Counted from the stretch's first letter, positions 10,194-21,529 are shown. The stretch: 64,000 nt of DNA from an uncultured Nitrospiraceae bacterium (GCA_963706325.1 CAVPLT010000007.1:128001-192000); one strand, 5' to 3'. The notes: generated from the letters alone by a model not told the origin. Numbers and translations are program-made.

Positions 10194-10395
10194 TAGCCAG
10201 AGGAGGACGGCCCACATACGATTGCCTGCTGAGATTCCACGGTGTCACCGGACATCCTGTCTGGGCCTGAGGCTGATGGAGTTCGTGGTGCCACGCATCG
10301 CAAGACAACGGGAAACGCGCGGGCCTGTCGGCGTGGCCACTCTCTTAAACGGCGGCCAGGAGATAGACCCGATTGTTCAACACAAGGAGGAGTTC

Positions 10396-11115
10396 ATGAT
10401 ACAAGTATGCTCGAAATCCCCATCCGCCACAACCAGGCTCGGGTTGATGACCGCGGTATTGCTTGCAACGATGGCCGCGGTGACCGCCATACCCAGCGTG
10501 GCCGATGCTTTCAGGGAGCAGCAGCAATTGGTGGATAAAGCGAAAATGACGATCGAAGCCTTCGCTGCTGATCCGAGCGCGAGAGCCTGGGGCCGCGAGT
10601 TCAAACACGAGGCTAGGGCCTTGTTCATCGTACCGCAATTCTTACGGGGTGCCTTTGTGTTCGGGGGAGCGGGAGGCAGCGGTGTGCTGGTCGTCCGCGA
10701 CGAGAAGACCAACAAGTGGTCCGAGCCCGCGTTTTACACCATCGGTTCCGCCAGTTTCGGCCTGCAAATCGGAGGAGACGTGTCGGAGATGGTCTTTGTG
10801 GTGCGGACTCAGAAAGGGCTGGAAGAGTTCTATCGGAGCGATTTTAAACTCGGGGCGGACGTCAGCATGGCGGTGGGATCGGCAGGCGAAGGGGGGTCGA
10901 TGAAAGGGATTACGGCGGACATGGTCGCTTATGCGAGAAAAAAGGGGGTGTTTGCGGGGGTTTCAGCGGACGGCTCAATCATTGCGGTGTCGGATGATGC
11001 CAACGCGACCTATTACGGCCAACTCGTACGTCCGACAGACATCATCGTCAAAGCGACTGTCAGCAATCCGAGATCCGCCGACCTGCGCAATGCGGCAGCC
11101 AAGTTGGCGCAGTAA
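10396..11115 (+). CDS. Lipid-binding SYLF (Ysc84/DUF500) domain protein, exported
   Basis: AAGGAGG RBS; signal peptide; GAFVFGGAGGSGVL, WSEPAF, SFGLQIGG, YARKKGVFAGVS. Confidence 0.88.
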   Translation: MIQVCSKSPSATTRLGLMTAVLLATMAAVTAIPSVADAFREQQQLVDKAKMTIEAFAADPSARAWGREFKHEARALFIVPQFLRGAFVFGGAGGSGVLVVRDEKTNKWSEPAFYTIGSASFGLQIGGDVSEMVFVVRTQKGLEEFYRSDFKLGADVSMAVGSAGEGGSMKGITADMVAYARKKGVFAGVSADGSIIAVSDDANATYYGQLVRPTDIIVKATVSNPRSADLRNAAAKLAQ

Positions 11116-11347
11116 TGCCGGGCTTCTCCGGCACTTCTGTTTGGCGGGTGCGGGCGTCTCCGCGACCGTCGCCATTGCCCTGTTTCGGGCGCAGCCTTCT
11201 TCGATCGGCGAGGAAAAGGAGTCCGGGTTCGTCCTAACAATCACAGGCACCAGGCAAAGGAGGATGCTGATTCAATCATTTTTCATCGACCAGTAAGAGC
11301 ATGGACAGGTTCGTTGTTTTTTGCACATCACACCAAGGAGGATTCTG

Positions 11348-11833
11348 ATGAAATCAGTTGTCAGCGTGATCGCAGCGGGAATGATTCTCTGTGCCGTGCC
11401 GGCGTTCGCCGAAACGGCAGGCAATGCCGACACCAGCATGGGAATCTTGATGGAGAAGATCAAGGCGGACAAGAAGCTGTTGGTCGCCAGCAACATGGAG
11501 TTGACCGAAGCGGAAGGCAAGGCCTTTTGGCCCTTGTACGAGGCGTACCAGAAGAAGCTACACAAATTGAACGATCGGCTAGGCAAAACCATTTCGGAGT
11601 ATGCGGATGCCTATAACCAAGGCAAGGGCACGGTCGCAAACGACACCGCCAAGAAGCTGATCCATGAAGCGATCGCGGTTGAGGAGGACGAGGTGAAGCT
11701 GAAGCACACCTATGCGGATAAGATCGGCAAAGTGCTGCCGGCGGCCAAGATGGCGCGGTACATTCAAATCGAGAATAAAATCCGTACGGTCATCAAGGCC
11801 GAGCTCGCCAAACAGATTCCGTTAGTCTATTAG
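11348..11833 (+). CDS. Exported helical protein of unknown function (paralog 1)
   Basis: AAGGAGG RBS; signal peptide; NMELTEAEGKAFWPLYEAYQ...ARYIQIENKIR; highly similar to 17422..17895. Confidence 0.8.
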   Translation: MKSVVSVIAAGMILCAVPAFAETAGNADTSMGILMEKIKADKKLLVASNMELTEAEGKAFWPLYEAYQKKLHKLNDRLGKTISEYADAYNQGKGTVANDTAKKLIHEAIAVEEDEVKLKHTYADKIGKVLPAAKMARYIQIENKIRTVIKAELAKQIPLVY

Positions 11834-11845
11834 GTGCCGGACCGA

Positions 11846-11880
11846 GCTGGCGGGGTCGCCGAAACAAGGTGCCCCGCCAG
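11846..11880 (+). terminator. GC-rich hairpin after the SYLF/helical-protein pair
   Basis: CTGGCGGGG...CCCCGCCAG stem; the U-tract is not immediately adjacent. Confidence 0.4.
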
Positions 11881-12283
11881 GCGGTTGGCCGTTTTTGATC
11901 ATCGAAGAGAGAAACCACGAGCCAACGAATAACCGGCGTGATTCAGGCCAAACACCTGTGGGTCTGGTTGTTTGTGTAGAACCGCTGAACTGGCAGCTAT
12001 TATCGTTCGGACGGGCTCCCTGCCGTGCCCCGGAACTGCGGGCTCAGGCAGAACGTCCTTGCTCCGCACCTGTGAGACAGCAGAAAACCAATCGCGCTGG
12101 ATAATCTCACGAGACGAGCGGAATGGGCGACGGTTCGAGGTTTCGGAGCTTCGAACCCCGAATCGCGGATCGCGCCTTTCTCGAATGTCTCGCGTTCACG
12201 CGAAAGGGTATAGGGCCGCTCGCGTTGGGAGAACACAACATTCGTGGACCTGGGATCAGGTGAAGCATCACAAGGCACAACTC

Positions 12284-13627
12284 ATGACTAGTTGGGGACA
12301 TGTCTTAAGCGGAAAGGATGCCTGTGCGGCCAAGAAGTTGTGCCGGTCATGCGCGCCTCTTGTGTGGGCCTGTGTCTGCGTAGTCCTGGTTGCCTGTGCG
12401 GTGAGTAAAGAGCGGGAGGCGCTCCCGCCCCCGCCGGCGCCGGGACCGCTCGGATGGGAGATTCCTCCTCCATTCTCCGCACAGGCGCTGCTGCCGGCGG
12501 ACTGGCTCAAGGGGCCACACCACCTGGTTCAGGACGAAGTCGTCAACGACGGCGCCCAGCACCATTTTGTCGTGACCTCTGACTTCGGAATATTTCCCGC
12601 GACCGGCGCAGCCGTGCTTCGGACTCGCGTCGGAGAAACTGAGGCGATTGCGGCGCTGAAGGATGCGCGCAAATCGGAGGTGGTCGCCGATGCCCTCAAG
12701 TTTCAGCTTCTCCATCCCTTGCGCGGCGCGAAGATGCTGATCATGGAGCCTGTCCGTGTCGGGAGGAGTGTCGCCGGAGGGCTCTTGGAGTTTCTCGCTA
12801 TGCCGGGGCGCGCGAGCAAGTTTGAATGGAGCGACCGGGAAGATTCTGTCACGAAGTCGACGATCGGGTTTTCGTATATGAAGCGAAACCTCGCGTTTCA
12901 GTTCGGGGTGGACCCCTATTCGTCCAATCCGGAGCTGCAGGATAACCTGAACGAACTGGCCTGGATCGCCTTCACCGCTGATTTGGCCCCTCAGTTCGCG
13001 TATTTCTTTATGCCCGGAGGCGCCGTCCTCTGGGCGACCTTTAGCGGCACCCGCTGGACCTCATACCTCGATGAGCAAGTCCGCGACAAATCAGCCGGGG
13101 ATCTGCGTGCCTACAACCGTGACAAATTGGACAAGATGGGAGTCAGTGAGGAGGACATCCATCAGTTCTTTCTCAATCCGATCTACTCTCCTCGACACTG
13201 GACCATCATCACCACGGCGCTCGATGAGTTAACAGGTGTCGATAACCGTGAGGCCTTCCTCGCAGTGGCGAGGGAAGCACCTTCCGAGGACATGGCTTTG
13301 TTTTACCAGCACGTGGCGGAGATGACGCGTGGCTATCACCTGCATGTCGGCGCCGGTAATCGGCTGCTGGCGATGCCGCGCATCCCGGCACTCTATACCA
13401 AGGATCGGGCGCTCGTCGTGATGCTGCCCGTCGATTACCTGTTCTGGACCTCGCGCGTCGCGCGCGTTGCGCAGGCCCTCACAGCTTCTGTGCCTAGTCA
13501 ACCGCGTATCGCCCGGCGCGAACTCTGGATCGCGGGGAATGTTTCGCCGCGTGCCAGGCAGGAATTCGAAGCGATGGGGTGGACGGTGTATGAGCAGGTA
13601 TCGGCCCAGCTCAATCCACCGGCCTGA
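12284..13627 (+). CDS. Putative lipoprotein of unknown function
   Basis: Long ORF with lipobox-like VLVAC then a Pro-rich linker; start uncertain. Confidence 0.7.
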   Translation: MTSWGHVLSGKDACAAKKLCRSCAPLVWACVCVVLVACAVSKEREALPPPPAPGPLGWEIPPPFSAQALLPADWLKGPHHLVQDEVVNDGAQHHFVVTSDFGIFPATGAAVLRTRVGETEAIAALKDARKSEVVADALKFQLLHPLRGAKMLIMEPVRVGRSVAGGLLEFLAMPGRASKFEWSDREDSVTKSTIGFSYMKRNLAFQFGVDPYSSNPELQDNLNELAWIAFTADLAPQFAYFFMPGGAVLWATFSGTRWTSYLDEQVRDKSAGDLRAYNRDKLDKMGVSEEDIHQFFLNPIYSPRHWTIITTALDELTGVDNREAFLAVAREAPSEDMALFYQHVAEMTRGYHLHVGAGNRLLAMPRIPALYTKDRALVVMLPVDYLFWTSRVARVAQALTASVPSQPRIARRELWIAGNVSPRARQEFEAMGWTVYEQVSAQLNPPA

Positions 13628-13759
13628 GCGCTGCGGCCACGTGATGCGCAACGTGTGCTGTGGTCTTGAATCGGACCCGCAGGAGAGTGGGCGATGTCGA
13701 TCGCGGCTCACGCCATCATCCCGGTCGTACAGAGGGATGAGGGAGCGGCATGAAAGAAG

Positions 13760-15058
13760 TTGCGAAAACGAGACGTATCGATCCGATCAAGTAACCGTAG
13801 GGAAATCAGGCCGATCATTCGAGCCCTGTACGCAGATGTGAGTAGGTTTTGTCGGGCATCTGCTACGGAAAACCAGTTGCGGTGGGAATTGCCTCTTCTG
13901 AAGGGGTATCTTCGCGCGATCTCGGCTTCGGTTCTCTTCTGGGTGCTGCTGTGTATGGGTATAGCCGCTGCTGACGAGAAGGCTCCTGCTCAGAGCGACT
14001 GGCATTATGGGGCCTACCTCGACGGCAGCTATCTCCTCAACTTCAACTTCCCGGAAAACCATCGGTGGCGGAGTAAGATCACGACGCCTCGAACGAACGA
14101 ATTTGCGCCGAACATGGTCATGGGGTACGTGCGTAAAGATGTGACGCCGGACTCGCGATGGGGCCTTGAAGTGGGGGGGCAGGGAGGCTACGACACCAGT
14201 CTCTTAGTGCCCCAACCTACGCCGCAGGGGGATAAGCCCGTCCCGGGAGCGGATGTTTTACGCCATCTCCACCGGGCCAATGTGTCCTATCTGGCGCCCG
14301 TGGGGAATGGGCTGACGCTCACAGCGGGGCTGTTTAATAGCTTCATCGGGTACGAGTCGTACCTTGCCCGCAATAATTACAACTACACCAGATCTTACAT
14401 GGCCGATAATGCGCCCTATTTCATGACCGGCGTGTCCGCGCAATATGCCGTCGATGAGACCTTAAAGTTTGCCGTGTATGTGATCAACGGATACAACAAT
14501 CTTTCACGACCGAATGTGGTGCCCAGCTATGGCACTCAAGTCATGTGGAAGCCGGCGCCTCCCTGGACGCTCACGCAGAATTTCTATTATGGCCCGGATC
14601 AATTCGACACCGATTTGAGGTTCTGGCGGTTTTTCTCAGACAGCATTGTAGAGTGGAAGGATGGAGACTGGACGCTCGCGTTCGCCTACGATGTCGGCAC
14701 GGAGAACGCCGTTGAGCAGGCCGGTCATCCCAGAGTCTTTTGGACCAGCGCGACAGCGGTTGCACGGTACCATGTTCATGGCCCCTGGAGCATCGCGTTT
14801 CGTCCCGAACTGTACTGGGATCGAAACGGACGGGTGACCGCTGCAGAGCAGTTGCTCACCGCCGTGACAAGCACTCTTGAGTACCGGATCGCCGTTGGCC
14901 GCCAGACGGGTATCCTTCGCCTGGAATATCGCTTCGACCGGTCGACCGGTTCTCAGGGTGGCTATTTCGCGAGAGGGGAGATCGCGCCCGGTGTTATCGG
15001 GTTGACCCCGAACCAGAATCTGATCATCTTGGGATTACTGTGGGCGTTTGACTCATAG
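13760..15058 (+). CDS. Outer-membrane beta-barrel porin (BBP2/DUF1597-like)
   Basis: GLFNSFIGYES...NYNYTRSY, PYFMTGV, LRLEYRFD, aromatic C-terminus; the true start is probably downstream of 13760. Confidence 0.8.
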   Translation: MRKRDVSIRSSNRREIRPIIRALYADVSRFCRASATENQLRWELPLLKGYLRAISASVLFWVLLCMGIAAADEKAPAQSDWHYGAYLDGSYLLNFNFPENHRWRSKITTPRTNEFAPNMVMGYVRKDVTPDSRWGLEVGGQGGYDTSLLVPQPTPQGDKPVPGADVLRHLHRANVSYLAPVGNGLTLTAGLFNSFIGYESYLARNNYNYTRSYMADNAPYFMTGVSAQYAVDETLKFAVYVINGYNNLSRPNVVPSYGTQVMWKPAPPWTLTQNFYYGPDQFDTDLRFWRFFSDSIVEWKDGDWTLAFAYDVGTENAVEQAGHPRVFWTSATAVARYHVHGPWSIAFRPELYWDRNGRVTAAEQLLTAVTSTLEYRIAVGRQTGILRLEYRFDRSTGSQGGYFARGEIAPGVIGLTPNQNLIILGLLWAFDS

Positions 15059-15283
15059 TAACGCCCTGTGCAGGGCAGGTGAATCACGGCGAGAGGTAGT
15101 GGGTGCACGGAGGCGTTCCGTTCTTTCGGTCTCCGCCGGAGGAGGCAGCACGAACCATCCGTACTCGATTGAGTAGATGCACTTGTTCGGAGCCGCCTCA
15201 GGATTCGATCAGCGATGAACGTTCGTTGTGCGCAAGACGATTGTCATCGAACCGGCGTATTAATACCTTCGAGTGAAAATCTA

Positions 15284-16255
15284 ATGCTGCAATCGCGCGA
15301 CACCCTCAGCCGGTTATGCGCGGGGGTGCTGGGGGCAATGGCGTTGGTTGCGTCATGCCCTCTGACCGCCGCAGGAGAGGACTCACTCAGGGACTCAGCG
15401 GCGAACATCGATCAGGTGTTGCCGGAGACCGAATTGGATGAGGCGACAGAAGAATCTGAGGCCGCTCCCCGGGAAGGAGGTTTATTCAAAAGGTTGGGCC
15501 GTCAACAGGTGACGCCGGAGGAACAGGCACAGGCTGAGCATCTCCGAAAATTAGCCGCCAAGTATGGGACCGATCCCACTGCCATCGTGGGACGAATACA
15601 GTCATCGTCTGCCTATTACGACCTTCACCAAGGAGGGCACGCCGTCGATGCTACGGCCCGTATCGATTTACCGCTGCAGCGAAACTTCCTGCTTCGCGTG
15701 GATGTGCCATTTCTGAAATGGAGCGAGCCCAATCGTCTCCGCACCTCTGTCTCGAGAGGTCTGAGCGACATGGCTGTCACGGCTGCATGGCGGGTGTACA
15801 ACACCCCCGAATATGCCGTAGCCTTCGGCGTGATTTCGACATGTCCCACTGCCGCCGAGACAGCGTTGGGTCTCGGCAAGTATACAGTCGGACCAACCAT
15901 CGCCACAGTCAGATTCGTCTAGGGATGGGAGTCGTTCTCGATCGGATTATTTACACAACAGATTTCCGTCGGCGGCGATGCAAGCCGGAATTCCGTTAAC
16001 CGTTCGAAATTCCAGGCACAAGTTAATTCGTTCTAGGCTGATCGGTGGTGGAGTATTGTGCAGGCCGTATTCCAAGCCGATTGGGATCGATGCGCGAAAA
16101 CCAGTCTGACGCTGGAATTCGAAGTTGGTCGGAGTCTGGTCGGCCGCTGGGGGGTATATGTGCGTCCGTGCGTCGGGATATTCGAGCGGGATCTGATCGG
16201 AGCTACGACTGGAATGGCGAGGGCGTCGTGCGTTATATGTTCCGGAGTTTCTACC
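15284..16255 (+). pseudogene. Decayed exported/outer-membrane transporter-like gene (two in-frame TAG stops plus a frameshift)
   Basis: GLSDMAV...PTAAETALGLGKYTVGP continues in frame through TAG at 15920 and 16034 to VYVRPCVGIF, then shifts frame to YDWNGEGVVRYMF. Confidence 0.7.
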
Positions 16256-16359
16256 AGGGGCAGGCTGGGCAACAAACCGTGGCGGAAGAGTCGTCACCGA
16301 TGGATGGAATGGACCGGTCCGGAAGGCCTGGTTCTCTCAGTTGTTTGGGGGGAGGTACA

Positions 16360-16941
16360 ATGATCCCTGATGTTCCGACCGGCGGGCGTGGTCGTTCAGG
16401 CCCCTCGCGTCTGTGGTCGATCGGGCTCCTGCTCTATCTCATGACCGCGACAGGATGTCCCAGAATCGTGTCTCTCGATTATCAGCCGAGCAATCAGCTC
16501 AAAGGAGGAGGCACGATCGGGACGGCACCGTTCCGCTATCAAGCCTCCGATGAGCATCATGTTCGTCCGCGTCAGGTAGAAAGCAACTCGTCAGCCACAA
16601 GTGGCTTATTCCTTACCAAGGAAATCGGCGCCTTCTTTTCGGACGCGCTGCGGCTGGAACTCGGCCGGTCGGGGTACACCGTGAATGATTCGAGCGACCG
16701 CATTGTGTCAGGAACCATTACGCGGTTCTATCTCGACTGGAGAAGCGAAGAGGACCGCTGGTTCGAACTGGCGGCGGACTACTCGGTGCAATCGGAAGAG
16801 CGGACTCTCTTCTCCTGGCACTGTTACGTGGTTGAGAAGGGGCAGAACAGACTGATTCAAGACGGGGTTCTAATTCGCACGGGAATAGCAGACTGCATGA
16901 GTCGATTTATCGAAGCCGCGCAGGGCGCGCGGGTTCTCTGA
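16360..16941 (+). CDS. Putative lipoprotein
   Basis: GGAGG RBS before ATG 16360; lipobox ATGC; the upstream part of the 16045 ORF belongs to the pseudogene. Confidence 0.7.
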   Translation: MIPDVPTGGRGRSGPSRLWSIGLLLYLMTATGCPRIVSLDYQPSNQLKGGGTIGTAPFRYQASDEHHVRPRQVESNSSATSGLFLTKEIGAFFSDALRLELGRSGYTVNDSSDRIVSGTITRFYLDWRSEEDRWFELAADYSVQSEERTLFSWHCYVVEKGQNRLIQDGVLIRTGIADCMSRFIEAAQGARVL

Positions 16942-17088
16942 ACGGTATGGCTGGCAGCCTCCTGTTCCCTTTCGGTTCAAGTTCGTATGCTACCCTTCGC
17001 CTTCGGTGACGCCCGTGGCGGAGCGATGGTCTTCAATCTGGAACAAAGAAGAGGCGTATTGTCTGGGGGAGAAGGTTAGGGGGGAAAC

Positions 17089-17104
17089 CTGTCAAAACTA
17101 ACAG
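17089..17104. promoter_or_regulatory. Palindromic operator site 2 (CTGTCAAAACTAACAG)
   Basis: Intergenic; TAGGTT at 17128-17133 (23-nt gap). Confidence 0.8.
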
Positions 17105-17421
17105 TAGCCGGCTCGTCTTGTTGGGGCTAGGTTACTACACTCAGCAGAAATAGCCGCATAGTAGAGAGACAAAAGGATTGTCCGATGCATGGGGGCAACA
17201 AATACTCCTCGACGTGATGCATATTTACAAGCATTGTTTCACTGAATATGACGAATATCGAAGGACAGCTAGCAACGTCGGTCACTTTAGCGTCCCCACG
17301 ATCGTGGATAGGAAGTTTGTCTACTCATCGTTTTATTCCTGAGCCTAATCATGTTTTGTTGCCTGGCTGCGATTCTTAATCGGATGTGGTTCTATGGTTT
17401 AAACACAAGGAGAGATTAATC

Positions 17422-17895
17422 ATGCGTTTGTCGACAACATGTATCTTGGCTGCCGTTGTACTCTTTGGCATGGTGGGGAGCGCGCAGAGTGCTGCAGAAA
17501 CCACCATGGAAATTTTGCTACAGAAGGTGAAGGCGGACAAGAAGCTCCTCGTGGCCAGCAACATGGGGATTACTGACGAGGAAGGCACGAAGTTCTGGCC
17601 GCTCTATGAGGAGTATCAGAAAGAACTGGATCAAATGAATCGTACTCTCGGCAAGACTATCAAGGAATACGCCGATGCCTTCAACAAGGGACCTCTGCCG
17701 AACGATCAGGCGAAGAGGCTGATGGATGAGGTCATTGCGGTTGAGGAAAAAGAAGTGAAAACCAAGCGGACCTACGCCGACAAGATCGGTAAGGTCCTTC
17801 CGGCTGCCAAGACTGCCCGCTACATTCAAATCGAAAATAAGATCCGGGCACTGTTGAAGGCAGAACTTGCAAGTGAGATTCCGCTCGCATATTGA
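17422..17895 (+). CDS. Exported helical protein of unknown function (paralog 2)
   Basis: AAGGAG RBS; signal peptide; KADKKLLVASNM...FWPLYEEYQ...ARYIQIENKIR. Confidence 0.8.
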   Translation: MRLSTTCILAAVVLFGMVGSAQSAAETTMEILLQKVKADKKLLVASNMGITDEEGTKFWPLYEEYQKELDQMNRTLGKTIKEYADAFNKGPLPNDQAKRLMDEVIAVEEKEVKTKRTYADKIGKVLPAAKTARYIQIENKIRALLKAELASEIPLAY

Positions 17896-18089
17896 AGGAA
17901 CGTGCAGCGGCTACTTGTGGCCGACAAGATCGGGACGAGGGCACGAGTCGAGAATTCGACTGTCGTTTCAGAGGTTTTCGGGTGGCCGCGCGTGGGCAAC
18001 GACGCATGACCTGTAGGGGGATGGCACGCCCACCGGGGTCGAGTGGCTTGCGGTGAGAGAATTCGACATGAAGTCGGACGAGCCGATGG

Positions 18090-18345
18090 TCTGAAACGCA
18101 CCAGGCTATCGGAGGTTGTTGATAGTTTCTGGATCGACGAAACGGAGGTAACGAATGCCGAGTTCGTCAGAGCGACCAGGGTTCTTATTGTGGCCGACCC
18201 GGTCGCGCACGTGAAAGACTATCCAAATGCCAATCCTGGCGTTCTTCGCGGGATCTAATTTCTTCTCACCCCGGGATCATCCGTTTCGCTGTACGAACAG
18301 GTTTAAGCGGTGGTACGAAGCCAAAGGCGCGGACTGGAGTTTTCT
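18090..18345 (+). pseudogene. Remnant of a formylglycine-generating enzyme (SUMF1/FGE-sulfatase) gene
   Basis: VDSFWIDETEVTNAEFVRAT...KDYPNANP, then a shifted frame GSNFFSP...WYEAKGADW; resembles the FGE N-terminal half; approximate bounds. Confidence 0.65.
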
Positions 18346-18623
18346 CCTGTGGGTCTTGTCAATGTCGTGGCGTGGACGTCTGGCTGGTCCCGGCGTGACT
18401 CTTATACCCCCGCGCGAAGCACGTGAAGAGCCACCCGCAATTCCTAAGAACCATCGTCCCGGAATGCTTCAATCGACTATGCCGGGCATCACCAAGCGCA
18501 TCTGTGGATGGAAGATATTTTCCTCGCTGATCAGCCAGCACACACCAGAGAGACCGGAGAGGCCGGGAACTGGCATCTCCACAATATCCGTAAGGCCGCC
18601 CTGTCGGCAGAAGGAGGCTGACG

Positions 18624-20462
18624 ATGAGGAGCCACGCAACTATCTATCGGCTTGTCCCGATCCTGATGCTATCCCTCAGCATCGGATCGATCACGGGTTG
18701 GAAGGTGCCGTCGGTCCTCGCAGAGGACAACAGGCCGCAGCCGACGCTCAGGGACCTGATCGGCGGAAAGGCCAAGGACGAGCAGGCAACGAAACCAGTC
18801 GATCCTGATAGTCTGCAACTCGGGGTTCCCGAAGATCCTCTCGGTCGAGACGTTCCTCGCTCCAGCGTTCGCGGATTTCTCGCGGCGGTCGACAATCGCG
18901 ACTATGCGCGGGCAGCGGAATATCTCGATCTACGGAACCTGCCGACGGATGTCACTCCTGAGCAAGGACAAAAATTAGCGCGGCAGTTGAAGATCGTGCT
19001 AGATCGGGTCCTCTGGATCGATCTGGAGCTTCTCAGCACCAGCCTGGAAGGTGACCGTACGGACAACCTTCCCGTCGTGCGTGACCGCATCGGACGAATT
19101 ACCACGGATGCAGGGAAAGTGTACGACGTGCTGCTCCAGCGGATCCCACGCGGTGACGGCGCGTATATCTGGAAGTTTTCAGGCGCCACGGTGGCTGACA
19201 TCCCAGATCTTTATAAAGAGTACGGCTATGGCCCGTTCGAACGAGCCTTCCCGGCCTTCTTGTTCGATGTCTCGCTGATGGGCATTCACCTCTGGATGTG
19301 GTTGTTGGCTATCGTCATGGGTATTGCGCTGTACCCCGTCGCCATCCTGATCACGAGGTCGGCCATCTATGTCCTGAGTTACTTCAATTCTGATTTGGCC
19401 CAGAGCATCTCCCGCTTCTTCGCAGGACCAATGCAGCTCCTCCTGTGGACAGTCCTGGGGAGAAGTGCCATCCAGGCGGTCGGGCCGTCAGTTGCGGTAC
19501 GCGCTGTTGGACAGGCCCGCACCTTCCAAGTATTCGCGCTGGCCTGGCTGCTCCTACGGGTTGTAGACTTCGCTGCCCACCGGGCAAGTTCGAACCTTGA
19601 TCGCAAAGGTCTGGCAGGAGCCTTGGTGCTTCTGAAGCCATTGGCCCAACTCCTCAAGGCAGTCGCGGTCACGGCCGCCGTGCTGCTCTGGTTGGACAAT
19701 ATTGGCTTCAAGGTGACCACCCTGCTGGCCGGTCTCAGCATCAGTGGAGTGGCCGTCGCGCTCGCTTCGCAGAAGTCGCTAGAAAACATCTTCGCGGCCT
19801 TCACCCTTTTTGCCGCGCAACCGGTCAAGGTGGGCGACTTCTGCCGGTTCGGCGACAAGATGGGGATTGTAGAAGAAATCGGGCTCCGGGCCACCCGTAT
19901 CCGCACCTTGGAACGCAGCGTCATCACCATCGCCAATGCCGAGTTCGCCGGCATGCATCTCGACAATCTGTCCAAACGCGACCGCTTTTGGTATCACCCG
20001 CGACTGGCGCTGCGGTACGAGACGACGCCCGATCAGATCCGCTACATCCTGGTCGAAGTCCGAAAAATGCTCTATGCCCACCCGAAAGTCTTATCGGACC
20101 CCATGCATGTCCGCTTTTCGGGGTTCGGCGAAAGCGCGCTCAACATAGAGCTCTTCGCCTATATCGGGGTGCCCGACTATACCGAATCTCTCGAGGTCGC
20201 GGAGGATCTGAACCTGCGGATCATGGAAATCATCGCCGCCGCCGGTTCCGATTTCGCGCTCCCCGTGGAGATTCAGTACGAGTTGCCGGGGAAACCGTTT
20301 GATGATCAGCGGGCGCAGGCCATTGCAGCGCAGGTGAAGGAGTGGGAAACGAACCGGGCGCTCTACTTGCCGAACTTTCCGAAGGAAAAGATCGCGGAGA
20401 TCAAGGGGTCCCTGGACTATCCGCCGAAGGGGTCACCTCACTATGCCAACACACCGACCTAA
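18624..20462 (+). CDS. MscS family mechanosensitive channel with periplasmic N-terminal domain
   Basis: DPLGRDVPRSSVRGFL; LLAGLSISGVAVALASQKSLENIF; PVKVGDFCRFG; VEEIGLRATRIRT. Confidence 0.92.
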   Translation: MRSHATIYRLVPILMLSLSIGSITGWKVPSVLAEDNRPQPTLRDLIGGKAKDEQATKPVDPDSLQLGVPEDPLGRDVPRSSVRGFLAAVDNRDYARAAEYLDLRNLPTDVTPEQGQKLARQLKIVLDRVLWIDLELLSTSLEGDRTDNLPVVRDRIGRITTDAGKVYDVLLQRIPRGDGAYIWKFSGATVADIPDLYKEYGYGPFERAFPAFLFDVSLMGIHLWMWLLAIVMGIALYPVAILITRSAIYVLSYFNSDLAQSISRFFAGPMQLLLWTVLGRSAIQAVGPSVAVRAVGQARTFQVFALAWLLLRVVDFAAHRASSNLDRKGLAGALVLLKPLAQLLKAVAVTAAVLLWLDNIGFKVTTLLAGLSISGVAVALASQKSLENIFAAFTLFAAQPVKVGDFCRFGDKMGIVEEIGLRATRIRTLERSVITIANAEFAGMHLDNLSKRDRFWYHPRLALRYETTPDQIRYILVEVRKMLYAHPKVLSDPMHVRFSGFGESALNIELFAYIGVPDYTESLEVAEDLNLRIMEIIAAAGSDFALPVEIQYELPGKPFDDQRAQAIAAQVKEWETNRALYLPNFPKEKIAEIKGSLDYPPKGSPHYANTPT

Positions 20463-20635
20463 TGGCCTGATGTCACGACTAGTCGGATGGTTGGTTGCCG
20501 GATTCGAGTCGGCGTCAACGTATCAGCGTAACGATGTGACCTGATGCCGCCAAGAAAGCCGGCAGCGCGACCGAGTGCGCGAAAAGTATGAATGAAACAC
20601 GGGGACTGATCGCTGCGAGTAATAAGGAGCTGAGC

Positions 20636-21529
20636 ATGACGACAATGGAACTCATCGACTACCCTCTCTTACAGAATGTGTTTCATCCCTCCGACTTCAG
20701 CGCCGAGAGCGAAACGGCGTTTGCGCATGCCTTGAAGGCCTCGCTGACTGCCAAGGCGGCGCTGACTATCCTTCACGTGTCGCCGCAACGGGAGGGGGAG
20801 TGGATGGAGTTTCCGGGAGTACGTGAAACGCTTGAACGATGGCACCTCCTTCCCAAGAACAGCCTGCGGTCCGATGTTTCCAAGCTGGGTATCGACGTAA
20901 AAAAAGTCAAAACTGTTCATAAAGACCCCGTAGAGTCCGTCACCGAATATCTGTCCACGCATGCCACCGACCTGATCGTTCTTGCCACCGATCAGAGTAA
21001 AGGGTCTGTGCCGTGGTTCAGCAAGTCGGTTGCGGTTCCAATTGCCCGCGCGTCGCGGCAGATGACCCTCTTTGTCCCTAAAGGCGTGGAGGGATTCGTC
21101 TCCCTAGAGGACGGCTCCATTTCGCTGAAGAATATTTTGATCCCCGTGGCGTCGAATCCAGCGGCCCAGCCATCTATCCAGGCTGCGGTTCGGATGGCGT
21201 GCCGGCTTAACTGCACCTCCGGCGTATTTACAGTACTGCACGTGGGTGAGCGCGAAGGTATGCCTGAAATACGCCTTCCTGAGGTGGCCGGATGGCGGTG
21301 GGACAAGGTGACTAGGCAAGGCGATGTCATCGATGTGATCTGCAAGACGGCGTTGGAGACAGAAGCCGGCTTAGTCGTTATGTCCACCGACGGCCGCAAC
21401 GGCTTTCTCGATGCCTTGCGAGGCAGTCATAGCGAGCGGGTGCTTCGGGAGTGCCCATGTGCACTATTGGCCATCCCTGCCGGCGGGTTCATCGCGACAG
21501 GTTCTGGAGAGCGAACTCAAAAGAAGTGA
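20636..21529 (+). CDS. Tandem universal stress protein (USP)
   Basis: VFHPSDFS, DLIVLAT, ILIPVA, LVVMSTDGRNGF...GSHSERVLRECPCALL. Confidence 0.9.
   Translation: MTTMELIDYPLLQNVFHPSDFSAESETAFAHALKASLTAKAALTILHVSPQREGEWMEFPGVRETLERWHLLPKNSLRSDVSKLGIDVKKVKTVHKDPVESVTEYLSTHATDLIVLATDQSKGSVPWFSKSVAVPIARASRQMTLFVPKGVEGFVSLEDGSISLKNILIPVASNPAAQPSIQAAVRMACRLNCTSGVFTVLHVGEREGMPEIRLPEVAGWRWDKVTRQGDVIDVICKTALETEAGLVVMSTDGRNGFLDALRGSHSERVLRECPCALLAIPAGGFIATGSGERTQKK

Noticed and set aside
15920..16036. Amber readthrough (pyrrolysine or recoding) in the two-TAG gene
   Set aside because: The gene also has a frameshift, many intact genes here end in TAG, and no pyl genes are present; ordinary decay is simpler
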